IMG/VR virus record: IMGVR_UViG_3300016472_000051 | Span: 1-30,710 of that record | DNA length: 30,710 bases | DNA from: a virus | Lineage: Duplodnaviria > Caudoviricetes | Strand: one strand, 5' to 3' | Part shown: positions 1 to 8,500 of the stretch, in pieces | How positions within the stretch are numbered: position 1 is the stretch's first letter | Layout of the letters: each line of letters begins with the position of its first letter | The notes under the pieces: model-generated | The model's database searches: none | The model's input: only the letters and a program-made list of their open reading frames with translations | What the model was told of the DNA's origin: nothing | Program-made: the position numbers and the translations under genes

Positions 1-2
1 GC

Positions 3-2000
3 ATGGAGTGGACCAACGCGCAGGAGGATTCATGCGTGCTAAACTTCATAGTGGATGATGACTACTGGAACGAGCCGCCGGTGACGATCTTCGGCGGCCC
101 TCGGCCCTTTGTCTTGTCGGAATTTAATCAGGACAACGACATTTTCAAACCGGTCCGGCCGCAACAGGCCACGATCGAGATACTGGCATCTATCAACGGC
201 GTCGACCTTGAAGACTTCATAATCGAGGATGATGACCGGCAGATGATCGTCCGTTTCGACTTTGGCAATAATCTAGGGTATTGGAACGGAATCGTGTCAC
301 AGGAGGACATGCAGGAGATATGGATCGCGCAGAACCATATCCTCACCCTGCGGGCCGATGAAGGCTTCGGCAATCTTAAGACGATCCCACTGGTCGATGA
401 CGCGGGGCAGTATCTCTCAGGTGTTTACACGCCATTCGCATACATACAATACGCAGCCGACAAGACGGCGCAATCGTTCTTTAACTGCAACGTCATCAGC
501 AATCTCTTCCACGATTCGATGACCACGGCCAACACGGACACGGGCATCGACCAGTGCTATGTTGACGCCCGGACGTTTGAAGAGGGGTTTCTGAACTTCG
601 ATGACAGTTATCTGGCCCTTGAGAAGATAAACAAGTCATTCAATCAGACCATCTTCCAATGGCAAGGCCAGTGGTGGATCGTGCGGATGGAAGAGCTATT
701 TGTCAACAAGGCGGCGAATATTCGCGGCTTTCAGAATAACAAACCAACAGGCGGTAACCGGGCGACGTTCAACACCCGGTGGATGATCGAGGTCGGCGTG
801 AATGAGGACGTAAAGCCTATCATGCCCGAGATGATTCGGACACTGAACAAGCCGAGCAAAGAGACGTCTGTCCTTTGGCGGTATCAGTTCCCCGATGCCA
901 TCCTTTGCAATCAGAATTTTGAACTCGGCACGCAGACGGCTGTCGGCCCGCCGCAGACGTACACGATAAGCAACTGGACGCATTACAAGACGAGCAGAGA
1001 GACGCCTGTCGCGGCCGGCGGTCTCTTCCAGCGTGTTGTCGAGTTCGACGCACTGGGCGGCGTGTCGGACAATTATGCGATGATTCGCAAGGAGTCATTT
1101 GAGACCTGGGCGTCATCGTGTGAGGTAATTCTGCAGGAGGGTGATATTCTCGACTTTTCACTCCAGTACAAGACCACGGGCAACTTCGGCGGGGATATAA
1201 AGGTCGCACAGGTTCAGCTGAAGCGGATTGAAAGCCTGCAGTATCGGTATGGACTTAATAACGAAGGCGAATGGGTGCTATGTACTACGGACTGGGATAG
1301 TGCGAATAACCCTTACCTGTCCCTTGGTCTTGACGTCGGCCAGCTCGCCAACACATGGACATCGGTGAATGTGACCAGCCGCCCGGTTCCATATCGGTGT
1401 ATTGCAAAGGTCCTGCTTGTCTGCCCGGCCATTGGACCGGGTGCCGAGGCTCATTTCAAGGACCTGCAGTTCGAGATCTTGTCAAAAAATAACGGGACGT
1501 ATGACCGCACCATCCGGGGCAATCTTGACGTCTACACCATCAGCAAATCGGTTCAAAAGAACAGCCAGACGGAGACCTATTTCGATGATAGCACGAACCT
1601 TTACCTGAAGGGGTCGCTGTTCGAGTCGGACGGCGAGACGTTGACCGACAAGAATTGGCTTAGACGTCGCTACAGCTCCGAGCGGTTCGGCTTTAAGCAA
1701 CAGAACGCGATTGCGAACTGGTGGATAAATCGACAGCATCGGACCCGGCTTGAGTGTAACTTCTATGGGCTTAAATGGGACAGGTCGGGGACTAAGTTCC
1801 CGATCGGTTTGATTAATACGATTAACTTTGTCGACGATGCGCCCGACAAGACTTTCGCCATCGTCAACATGCGGGAGATTGATTTCATGAGCTGCATATG
1901 GTCAGCGAATCTTTTAGAGGTCTGGGATGAGCAAAAAGACACGACTGTCGAGCCTGGCGCGCTGGATGTGTACACTAACGAGAACTATCACGAGGACTAA
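3..2000 (+). CDS. Minor tail / tail-tip structural protein, probably 5'-truncated by the window edge
   Basis: 665 aa, beta-rich, acidic/aromatic. It would follow the tape measure gene if the genome is circular and is coupled to the next gene (TAATG). No catalytic motifs seen. Confidence 0.6.
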   Translation: MEWTNAQEDSCVLNFIVDDDYWNEPPVTIFGGPRPFVLSEFNQDNDIFKPVRPQQATIEILASINGVDLEDFIIEDDDRQMIVRFDFGNNLGYWNGIVSQEDMQEIWIAQNHILTLRADEGFGNLKTIPLVDDAGQYLSGVYTPFAYIQYAADKTAQSFFNCNVISNLFHDSMTTANTDTGIDQCYVDARTFEEGFLNFDDSYLALEKINKSFNQTIFQWQGQWWIVRMEELFVNKAANIRGFQNNKPTGGNRATFNTRWMIEVGVNEDVKPIMPEMIRTLNKPSKETSVLWRYQFPDAILCNQNFELGTQTAVGPPQTYTISNWTHYKTSRETPVAAGGLFQRVVEFDALGGVSDNYAMIRKESFETWASSCEVILQEGDILDFSLQYKTTGNFGGDIKVAQVQLKRIESLQYRYGLNNEGEWVLCTTDWDSANNPYLSLGLDVGQLANTWTSVNVTSRPVPYRCIAKVLLVCPAIGPGAEAHFKDLQFEILSKNNGTYDRTIRGNLDVYTISKSVQKNSQTETYFDDSTNLYLKGSLFESDGETLTDKNWLRRRYSSERFGFKQQNAIANWWINRQHRTRLECNFYGLKWDRSGTKFPIGLINTINFVDDAPDKTFAIVNMREIDFMSCIWSANLLEVWDEQKDTTVEPGALDVYTNENYHED

Positions 2001-2677
2001 TGCCTGACGCGGTTAAAGGTGGGGATGTGGTCTTTTACGCAAAGCTAGGGACTAGCTTCTACCCCTTTGCGTGCGCCAAGGACGTCACCATCACGCATAC
2101 GACGGACAAGATTGAGTTGGCCCCGTACACCAGCGGCAAATGGCGGTCCTACATCTACGGCAGAACGACCGGGACCATCAGCTCGAATGGAGTGGTAAAG
2201 GTAGTTCCCGACACGGGCAAGAATACCATCTTCGACCTTCTCGATTCGATGAAGGCACACTTCATCATTCTCACGAAGTACACCACTAGCGACCCGCAGG
2301 GCAACAGCAAGACGTATGAGGTTCCTTGCCTGATTGATGAGGTGACGTTCTCGGGCAGCGTCGGCGCGCTGGCCATCTATTCCTTCACCCTGACGATGAA
2401 CGGGGACCCGACATTCGACCAGGTTGTGGTGGACTCTCCGCTGACGGACGTGGACAGCTGGACCTACAACGCGACGGGTGGCGAAACGACCATCAGCGAC
2501 AGCAGCATCCTCGGCGTCGATGTTCTCGACGTCCGGCGTAACGGCATCGGGCTTGAGGTCATCACGGCAGGCGCCCCGACCGGGTCGCAGGTGAAATATA
2601 CGTCCGGCTCGGGATCCCTTGAGTTCGGCATGGCCCTAGGTGCAGGGGAATGGATCACGACCATCTACGTGGACTGA
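2000..2677 (+). CDS. Tail-tube-like protein (second tube paralog) with C-terminal beta domain
   Basis: N-terminal ~135 aa (ACAKDVTITHTTDKIELAPYTSGKWRSYIYGRTTGTISSNG...YSFTLTMNG) resembles TP901-1-type tail tube proteins. An extra ~80-aa domain follows (VRRNGIG...LEFGMALGAGEWI). Confidence 0.55.
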   Translation: MPDAVKGGDVVFYAKLGTSFYPFACAKDVTITHTTDKIELAPYTSGKWRSYIYGRTTGTISSNGVVKVVPDTGKNTIFDLLDSMKAHFIILTKYTTSDPQGNSKTYEVPCLIDEVTFSGSVGALAIYSFTLTMNGDPTFDQVVVDSPLTDVDSWTYNATGGETTISDSSILGVDVLDVRRNGIGLEVITAGAPTGSQVKYTSGSGSLEFGMALGAGEWITTIYVD

Positions 2678-3501
2678 TGTACGGCGCACGGACATACAAG
2701 GTCACAACGACAGACCCATATCTCGACGTGGTGGGCCTGACCGCCAGTGACGTCATCATCGTCGACAGGAACGGCATCGGCATCAAGCATGTCACTAGCT
2801 TCGGCGGCACGGAGACAGTGGACGTCTATGTCTATGAGTGGTACGGCGTCCGGCTCGGGTCCCTTGTCGCTGGGGACTATCTGATCATCATCAGCAACAT
2901 CGTCCTCGCGACCCGCGTCATCTTGTTCGAGTTCGGGCCTACCCCTGCCGTCGGCACTACCTACAGCGTGACGGACGGCAATGCCATTGCGTCGTACAAG
3001 GTGCAGACGGGTGATACGACGGAGGACGTGCGTGATGCACTACAGACGGAGATTGACAACGCCACATGGCTCACATCCGTCTCGACGCAGGACGTGTCGA
3101 CGAACCGGCTGCAATGCACCCTGTCAGACCCTACTGTAGACCTGACTGTGTCACTTGGCGCCGAGAAATATAAGAAGGGCAGATATGTCACCCTGTCAGG
3201 CGTGAACTATATCATCAACGAGCTGCAGGACCCTGACAATTACCCCACCCTCCCAGCTCTCGCCGCGTCGTATGCGTTCACGGCACTGTCCCCCTTCTCC
3301 GGCACGATTGAGCAATACCTTGAGGAGCCGCTGACCATCACGACCTTCAGCGAATCGACAACGGCAACGACGGACATAACGGGCATCCCGCAGGCAGTGT
3401 CGGTGAACGCCGGCGAGTGCATCATCGACCAGCCTAGCCAAAGGATATGGTTCGACGCGAATTTGAACCCCGGTGAGATAATTAAACTCTTTCAGAAATG
3501 A
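2677..3501 (+). CDS. Tail structural protein
   Basis: Start taken at ATG 2677 (TGATG overlap with upstream stop). Thr-rich beta protein sharing the RNGIG and L-x-x-GE-x-I motifs with the previous protein. Confidence 0.55.
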   Translation: MYGARTYKVTTTDPYLDVVGLTASDVIIVDRNGIGIKHVTSFGGTETVDVYVYEWYGVRLGSLVAGDYLIIISNIVLATRVILFEFGPTPAVGTTYSVTDGNAIASYKVQTGDTTEDVRDALQTEIDNATWLTSVSTQDVSTNRLQCTLSDPTVDLTVSLGAEKYKKGRYVTLSGVNYIINELQDPDNYPTLPALAASYAFTALSPFSGTIEQYLEEPLTITTFSESTTATTDITGIPQAVSVNAGECIIDQPSQRIWFDANLNPGEIIKLFQK

Positions 3502-5546
3502 GAATACCCATATTAGCCATTCTTAGCCTGTTTACGGCCCTATCGTCAACTGCCCAACAGGTGAACCCGGTGCCGGATTATGTGTTCCGGAACCAAATGT
3601 CCGTGGGCCGCAACGCCGTGACGGACACTGCGGCGTACATATCGATCGGGCCGCGCTACGGGGCCAACAAGGGCCTGATGCCGCCGATCGTGTCCGACAC
3701 CGCAGCCATCACAGGCGTGAAGCGCAACGGCCTCCTAATCTTCAGCGTACAGCGGAACAACTTCCAATACTGGGACAGCATCAACAGCAGATGGACAAGC
3801 GTCACGGCAAATGTCGACACCACCATCATATCCACCCGCGCATGGCGCAAGAAAGGCGACGACAGTCTCGGCGCAGTAATAGCCACCCGGACGGATACGA
3901 CGCTACTTTCCACCCGCGCATGGCGGCAGAAGGGTTTAGATTCTCTTGCGGCCATCGAGCTAAATGTAGCAGACACGGCCACGATGCTGAACCCGTACAC
4001 GCGGGGAAGTGGGACGGTGAACTATGTCCCGAAGTTTACGGCCACGCGGACGCTAGGGAACTCGCAGATATTTGATAACGGGACGAATGTAGGAATAGGT
4101 ACTACAAGTCCGAGCGAGAAATTAGATGTTATTGGATTTATGCGCACTACATCAGGCGTGAAAGTAACTGACGGAACTATTGATTTTAGATTATCATGGG
4201 CATCTGGGAATGTAGCATTTTTCGGAAATACAACTAATCACCCGATTGACTTTTATACAAATTTTGCCCAACGCCTCCGCATCACATCCGCAGGCGAACT
4301 CCTCATCGGCACCACCACCGACGCCGGGGCCTACGCCCTGCAGGTAGCGGGGTCCATCTACAATACGACGGGGGCTGTGTTCGCGGCGACGAGTGGGAAT
4401 GTAACCATAGGTGCGACAACGTCACCAAGTTTCAGCTGGAGTGGAACGGGGCAGATGAATATTGAATCAAATATATATGCTTCATCTGGTATTATGTCGC
4501 ATAGCAACACGTCCGGGAACTATTCATTTTGGAACATTGGTAAAAGTCGCGGTACATTAACATCGCCTTCGGCAGTTGCAAGCGGTGAGACAATCGGGGA
4601 CATAAATTACGTCGGTCATGATGGCGCGAGTTATCAATTAGCAGCAACTATCCGTACTGTTATAGGTGGGACAGTTTCGAGTGGAGTTGTACCGGGTGAC
4701 ATACAATTTTTAACTGAAAACACGTCCGGCACATATGCGCTACGTGCAATCATAACAGCCGACGGCAATTTAGGCATCGGCACCACCTCACCATCCGAAC
4801 GCCTGCACGTCAACGGTCGCGTGAGAATCGCTACCATCGACTCCTCTGCATCGCCCATCAATGTACTTTGGGCGAATGCAAGCGGAGTCATCCAAAAGAC
4901 GGCATTCCCGAATGTCATCGCCAACGGGTCGGCGGGGCGCATACCCAAGTACGCCACGGCCACGACGTTCGACACGTCATTGATATATCAAGCATCGAAT
5001 GAGATGTATATCAACACAACCAGCGACGCGGGGGACTTCAAGCTACAGGTCTCCGGCAATACCCTCGTCTCCGATGGGCAGTTCCGCGTGAACGCGAATG
5101 CGAATAACGGCATGGTACTCTCGCGCTCCGGCACCAACTCCGTGGTAATGTACACGAGCAACACGTCGGGCATCATGGAGCTGGGCGTCGCAGGTGCTAC
5201 GGGCGGCACGGGGACGGGCTACACCGGATACGCCGGATACCTTATGACCGAGGCCGCATACCCTTTGCAGTTCGGCAGCGTCGACACGATGCGGATGACG
5301 CTGAATACAGCCGGTGAATTGCTCATCTCGACGAGTACAACCGACAACGGCAATTACAAGCTGCAGGTGGACGGCAATGTGTGGAGTACGGGGAGCATAA
5401 CCACGGGAGACCCTACCAGCGGTACCAAAAAACCGTGGAAGCTCGGCAGCGTGGTCGGTACATCCGTGCAGCTCGACACCGGCAACTATGTCGAAGTCGA
5501 GATAAACGGCACTTTTTACAGGCTTGCGTTAGTCACACCCCTATAA
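3498..5546 (+). CDS. Tail fibre / receptor-binding protein with N-terminal Sec signal peptide
   Basis: 682 aa, G/S/T-rich, with repeated fibre motifs (NVGIGTTSPSEKLDV, NLGIGTTSPSERLHV, GELLIGTTTDAGAYALQVAG-type x3). N-terminus MRIPILAILSLFTALSSTA|QQ looks like an SPase I signal peptide. Confidence 0.75.
   Translation: MRIPILAILSLFTALSSTAQQVNPVPDYVFRNQMSVGRNAVTDTAAYISIGPRYGANKGLMPPIVSDTAAITGVKRNGLLIFSVQRNNFQYWDSINSRWTSVTANVDTTIISTRAWRKKGDDSLGAVIATRTDTTLLSTRAWRQKGLDSLAAIELNVADTATMLNPYTRGSGTVNYVPKFTATRTLGNSQIFDNGTNVGIGTTSPSEKLDVIGFMRTTSGVKVTDGTIDFRLSWASGNVAFFGNTTNHPIDFYTNFAQRLRITSAGELLIGTTTDAGAYALQVAGSIYNTTGAVFAATSGNVTIGATTSPSFSWSGTGQMNIESNIYASSGIMSHSNTSGNYSFWNIGKSRGTLTSPSAVASGETIGDINYVGHDGASYQLAATIRTVIGGTVSSGVVPGDIQFLTENTSGTYALRAIITADGNLGIGTTSPSERLHVNGRVRIATIDSSASPINVLWANASGVIQKTAFPNVIANGSAGRIPKYATATTFDTSLIYQASNEMYINTTSDAGDFKLQVSGNTLVSDGQFRVNANANNGMVLSRSGTNSVVMYTSNTSGIMELGVAGATGGTGTGYTGYAGYLMTEAAYPLQFGSVDTMRMTLNTAGELLISTSTTDNGNYKLQVDGNVWSTGSITTGDPTSGTKKPWKLGSVVGTSVQLDTGNYVEVEINGTFYRLALVTPL
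3831..3925 (+). repeat. Direct repeat within tail fibre (26-codon unit)
   Basis: TCCACCCGCGCATGGCG at 3831-3847 and 3909-3925, 78 bp apart. Encodes DTTIISTRAWRKKGDDSL / DTTLLSTRAWRQKGLDSL. Confidence 0.9.
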
Positions 5547-5562
5547 ACCTAAACCCCTACAC

Positions 5563-5799
5563 ATGCGGAAAATGCAGACCCTCGGCCTAACGATTCTCGC
5601 GTTCATTGCCATCTTCTCCGTCATGGCATGGCGCACAAAGGACACGCAACCAAAGACCTACACGCTGACGCTGACGGCGCAAGAGGTGCAGGTAGTATAC
5701 GACGCGCTGGGCGAACTGCCAGCCAAAACGACGGAGAGCATACGCGGGAAAATCGCGCAACAAGTAACTTCGCAAAACCAAACAATCGATAAAAAATGA
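5563..5799 (+). CDS. Small tail-fibre-associated protein with signal peptide/TM segment
   Basis: Hydrophobic N-terminus (LGLTILAFIAIFSVMA), then TYTLTLTAQEVQVVYDALGELPAK..., a short helical protein type recalled from positions downstream of phage fibre genes. Confidence 0.6.
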   Translation: MRKMQTLGLTILAFIAIFSVMAWRTKDTQPKTYTLTLTAQEVQVVYDALGELPAKTTESIRGKIAQQVTSQNQTIDKK

Positions 5800-6206
5800 A
5801 ACGTATCATCTTCATCCTTCTCGCCCTTGTTAGTGTAGCACAGGCACAAGACAGCTCGGCCGTGAGGTCAAAGCGGCAGCCCATCAAAGAGTTCAAAATC
5901 TGGTACCAAGGCCAGCTACTTGACGCCGACAATCTCGAGGTCGATTGCGTCGAGGATGACCTATCCACCTTCGCCAATTTCAAGTACACGCTGACCGACA
6001 GCATCGGGCAGACCCTCGCCATGGGCTTCCTCAAGATGACCGGCCCCGAGTACAATCTGTATCTGACCCGTCCAAACCACGGCGATAGGGCCACGGCATG
6101 GGTGATGCAACAGCTCAAGCTACAGGTCCGGCAGCAGCGTCAGGCAGTCCAGTCAGCGAAGACGCCAGCGACAGGCACCACGACCGGGACAACTACGAAG
6201 CAATGA
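5796..6206 (+). CDS. Tail-fibre-associated protein with Sec signal peptide
   Basis: MKRIIFILLALVSVAQA|QD is a classic AxA signal peptide with +1 Gln. ATGA overlaps on both sides. Confidence 0.65.
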   Translation: MKRIIFILLALVSVAQAQDSSAVRSKRQPIKEFKIWYQGQLLDADNLEVDCVEDDLSTFANFKYTLTDSIGQTLAMGFLKMTGPEYNLYLTRPNHGDRATAWVMQQLKLQVRQQRQAVQSAKTPATGTTTGTTTKQ

Positions 6207-6667
6207 CCATCCGACAAGGCACACATGCACCCCTTCGGCTTCCAACACTACTTTGGAGGCCGAAGGTGCTTGCGTACATGGTCCGATTCGATCAGTCGGC
6301 GCGCTACGACATAGGCCCCGACCAGTCCGACATAAACAAGCTCTTCGGCATCGGCTACCTTCCGCATCATTTCCACAATTCCGTCCGCATAGGGTGGAAC
6401 TGGGACGAACAGAAGCAGAGGGTGGTGACATGGGCCTACTGGTACAAAGACAGCCTGAATTACAGCGAAAAATTGCACGAAGTAAGGCTGAACGTCACCG
6501 AACGCTACGCCATCCACTTCTTCCCCGACAGGCATACCATCATGGTGCCTGGCAAGTCTATGACAATACCCATCCAGCCGCGCACGTCAGGATATCTGTT
6601 AGGCCCATATTTTGGCGGCAATCAGACAGCTCCGCATGATATAAACCTACACATGACACCATGCTAG
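6203..6667 (+). CDS. Hypothetical protein (beta-rich, aromatic)
   Basis: Start taken at ATG 6203 (ATGA overlap). Motifs DINKLFG, NSVRIGW and GYLLGPYFGGN; function unknown. Confidence 0.6.
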   Translation: MTIRQGTHAPLRLPTLLWRPKVLAYMVRFDQSARYDIGPDQSDINKLFGIGYLPHHFHNSVRIGWNWDEQKQRVVTWAYWYKDSLNYSEKLHEVRLNVTERYAIHFFPDRHTIMVPGKSMTIPIQPRTSGYLLGPYFGGNQTAPHDINLHMTPC

Positions 6668-7191
6668 ACATTTTAATTGTCAAGACTGCTGAGACATATC
6701 TCGGTCAGACCGAGAAGGCAGGGAATTTAGGATGGCAAGATCCAGAGTTCGAGGCAAAGATGAAGGCTGTCGGATGGAAGCCAACCCATTCGTGGTGTTG
6801 CTACTTTGCCGAGCTCGTTTGGAAGGAAGCACTTACCATGCGCAGGCCGCTGAATTACGACAAGCTAATGGAGCTCTATTCTAAATTTTTCTCCGCATCA
6901 TGCACTGCCACGTATGCCAACTTCCGCGGATCTTCGTTTTTTACCACCGGCAACATTCCAAAGGCTGGCGCGCTGGCTGTCTGGAGATACGGAAGTGGAT
7001 GGACGGGTCATATAGGCATATGCACCAAAGGAGCCGACAAGTTCGGCCGGTTCACCACTATCGAGGGCAACACCAACGCAGCCGGCGAACGGGAAGGAAT
7101 GTTTGTGATGCGGAAAGACCGCAGGACGGGCCTGCCGTTCAAGGAGAAGGGTCTGAACCTCATCGGGTTCATATACCCACCGAATGTGTAA
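6661..7191 (+). CDS. Endolysin, CHAP-domain amidase/peptidase
   Basis: CHAP motifs: WCCYF (catalytic Cys), P..GALAVW, GHIGI (His), TIEGNTN. Confidence 0.88.
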   Translation: MLDILIVKTAETYLGQTEKAGNLGWQDPEFEAKMKAVGWKPTHSWCCYFAELVWKEALTMRRPLNYDKLMELYSKFFSASCTATYANFRGSSFFTTGNIPKAGALAVWRYGSGWTGHIGICTKGADKFGRFTTIEGNTNAAGEREGMFVMRKDRRTGLPFKEKGLNLIGFIYPPNV

Positions 7192-7196
7192 CTTTG
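7189..7196 (+). promoter_or_regulatory. Bacteroidota sigma-70 -7 box (TAACTTTG)
   Basis: Exact TAnnTTTG match overlapping the endolysin stop codon, 4 nt before ATG 7201. Confidence 0.5.
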
Positions 7197-7200
7197 AAAC

Positions 7201-7539
7201 ATGACTCCGGGCATCTACAACATTAGAGCATATCGCAACGACACCCTGCAAAGGACTGTCACCATCACCGATGGCTCGGCACTGCCCATAAGCCTGGCGA
7301 ACGCGACGATGAAGATGGAGGTAAGGGACAAGCCCGACGGGGATGTCTACCTGACGCTGACCGAAGGGGATGGCTTGACAGTCGGCGGTGCTGGAAACAA
7401 CGTCGTGACCATTTCCAAGGTGGTCAACATCGACGGCGGCTGTTACTTTTACGACCTGCAGGCCACCTTTACCTCGGGCGTGGTCACCACCTACATAAAG
7501 GGCAGTTTTTTAGTCACAGATGACATTACCCTAGCATGA
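7201..7539 (+). CDS. Virion structural-type protein (BppU N-terminal-like beta domain)
   Basis: Pattern YNI....DTL..TVT...PISL.NATMKMEVR...YFYDLQATF..GVVTTYIKGSFLV resembles baseplate-upper/Ig-like phage domains. Confidence 0.5.
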   Translation: MTPGIYNIRAYRNDTLQRTVTITDGSALPISLANATMKMEVRDKPDGDVYLTLTEGDGLTVGGAGNNVVTISKVVNIDGGCYFYDLQATFTSGVVTTYIKGSFLVTDDITLA

Positions 7540-8045
7540 GCAGCGTGAACATAACAGTGGACGAGGATAGCGTACAGGTGCTGGTGGGTGAGCTGCGCTA
7601 TTATGGTTCGTTCTATTCGACGCAAGACCAGACCAACGCAGGAGCAACGTCCGAGAACCTGATGACATACAACAACACGGATCTCTCGAATGGCGTCAGC
7701 ATCGTCTCCAATTCACGTATCACAATAGCCAACGCCGGAATCTACAACATTCAATTCTCTGCGCAGCTGGACAAGACAGATGCCGGGAATGATGCCATTG
7801 AGATATGGCTGAAAAAGAATGGAAGCAATGTATCAAACAGCAGCACAGTAGTGACCTTGCACGCGCAGGATGGAAAGGCTGTAGCCGCATGGAACTGGTT
7901 TGTCAATGCTGCAGCTGCAGACTATTTTGAAATTGCCTGGAACAGTGCAGACACTGCCATGTTCATCAACTACAGCACAGGGGGCAGCAACCCCACACGG
8001 CCTGCTATTCCTTCGATAATATTAACTGTCAACCGCGTCGGATGA
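7536..8045 (+). CDS. Jelly-roll (C1q/BclA-like) phage structural-type protein
   Basis: YGSFYSTQDQT...ITIANAGIYNIQFSAQL...IEIWLKKNG...DYFEIAW. Beta-sandwich pattern typical of fibre-tip/decoration domains. Confidence 0.5.
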   Translation: MSSVNITVDEDSVQVLVGELRYYGSFYSTQDQTNAGATSENLMTYNNTDLSNGVSIVSNSRITIANAGIYNIQFSAQLDKTDAGNDAIEIWLKKNGSNVSNSSTVVTLHAQDGKAVAAWNWFVNAAAADYFEIAWNSADTAMFINYSTGGSNPTRPAIPSIILTVNRVG

Positions 8046-8257
8046 AAGTACCATTTGAGTTGATCGTATGGGCAGTCGGCATGGTGGGTGGGCTTGTAGG
8101 CATCTACGTTCGTATGGAGACAAAGATGAAAGAGCTGGACGTGCGGGTGCAGGCCCTTGAAAAAACGGACAAAGTGATGAATGCAAAATTGGATGAGATA
8201 CTTAAAACATTGCACCAATTAGCATTAGATTTGAAAGACAAGCAAGACCGAAGCTAA
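8042..8257 (+). CDS. Small membrane protein (holin/antiholin-like; TM plus coiled coil)
   Basis: One N-terminal TM segment (LIVWAVGMVGGLVGIYV) and a heptad-rich tail; located in the lysis module. Confidence 0.55.
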   Translation: MKVPFELIVWAVGMVGGLVGIYVRMETKMKELDVRVQALEKTDKVMNAKLDEILKTLHQLALDLKDKQDRS

Positions 8258-8275
8258 CAACAAAAATTAGATACA

Positions 8276-8500
8276 ATGAGCAAATTGTTTCAACTCAATG
8301 CACAAGACGTCCTTAAAGGTATCGTCATTGCCGCACTCGTGACAGTGCTGGGTTCCATTCAGAGCATCCTTGAGGCCGGCGAACTTCCGACACAAACCGA
8401 ATGGATGAACATCGCGAAGATGGCAGGTGCTGCAATCATTTCCTACCTGCTGAAAAATCTGTTTACCAATAGTCAGGGTCAAATCGCTAAACCTGAATGA
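8276..8500 (+). CDS. Holin (two TM segments)
   Basis: 74 aa with two hydrophobic helices and a YLLKNLFTNS tail, immediately upstream of the spanin. Confidence 0.7.
   Translation: MSKLFQLNAQDVLKGIVIAALVTVLGSIQSILEAGELPTQTEWMNIAKMAGAAIISYLLKNLFTNSQGQIAKPE

Noticed and set aside
3831-5400. Possible diversity-generating retroelement (TR/VR) in the fibre gene
   Set aside because: No reverse transcriptase and no ~100-nt repeat pair differing only at adenines; the repeats are in-frame protein repeats.
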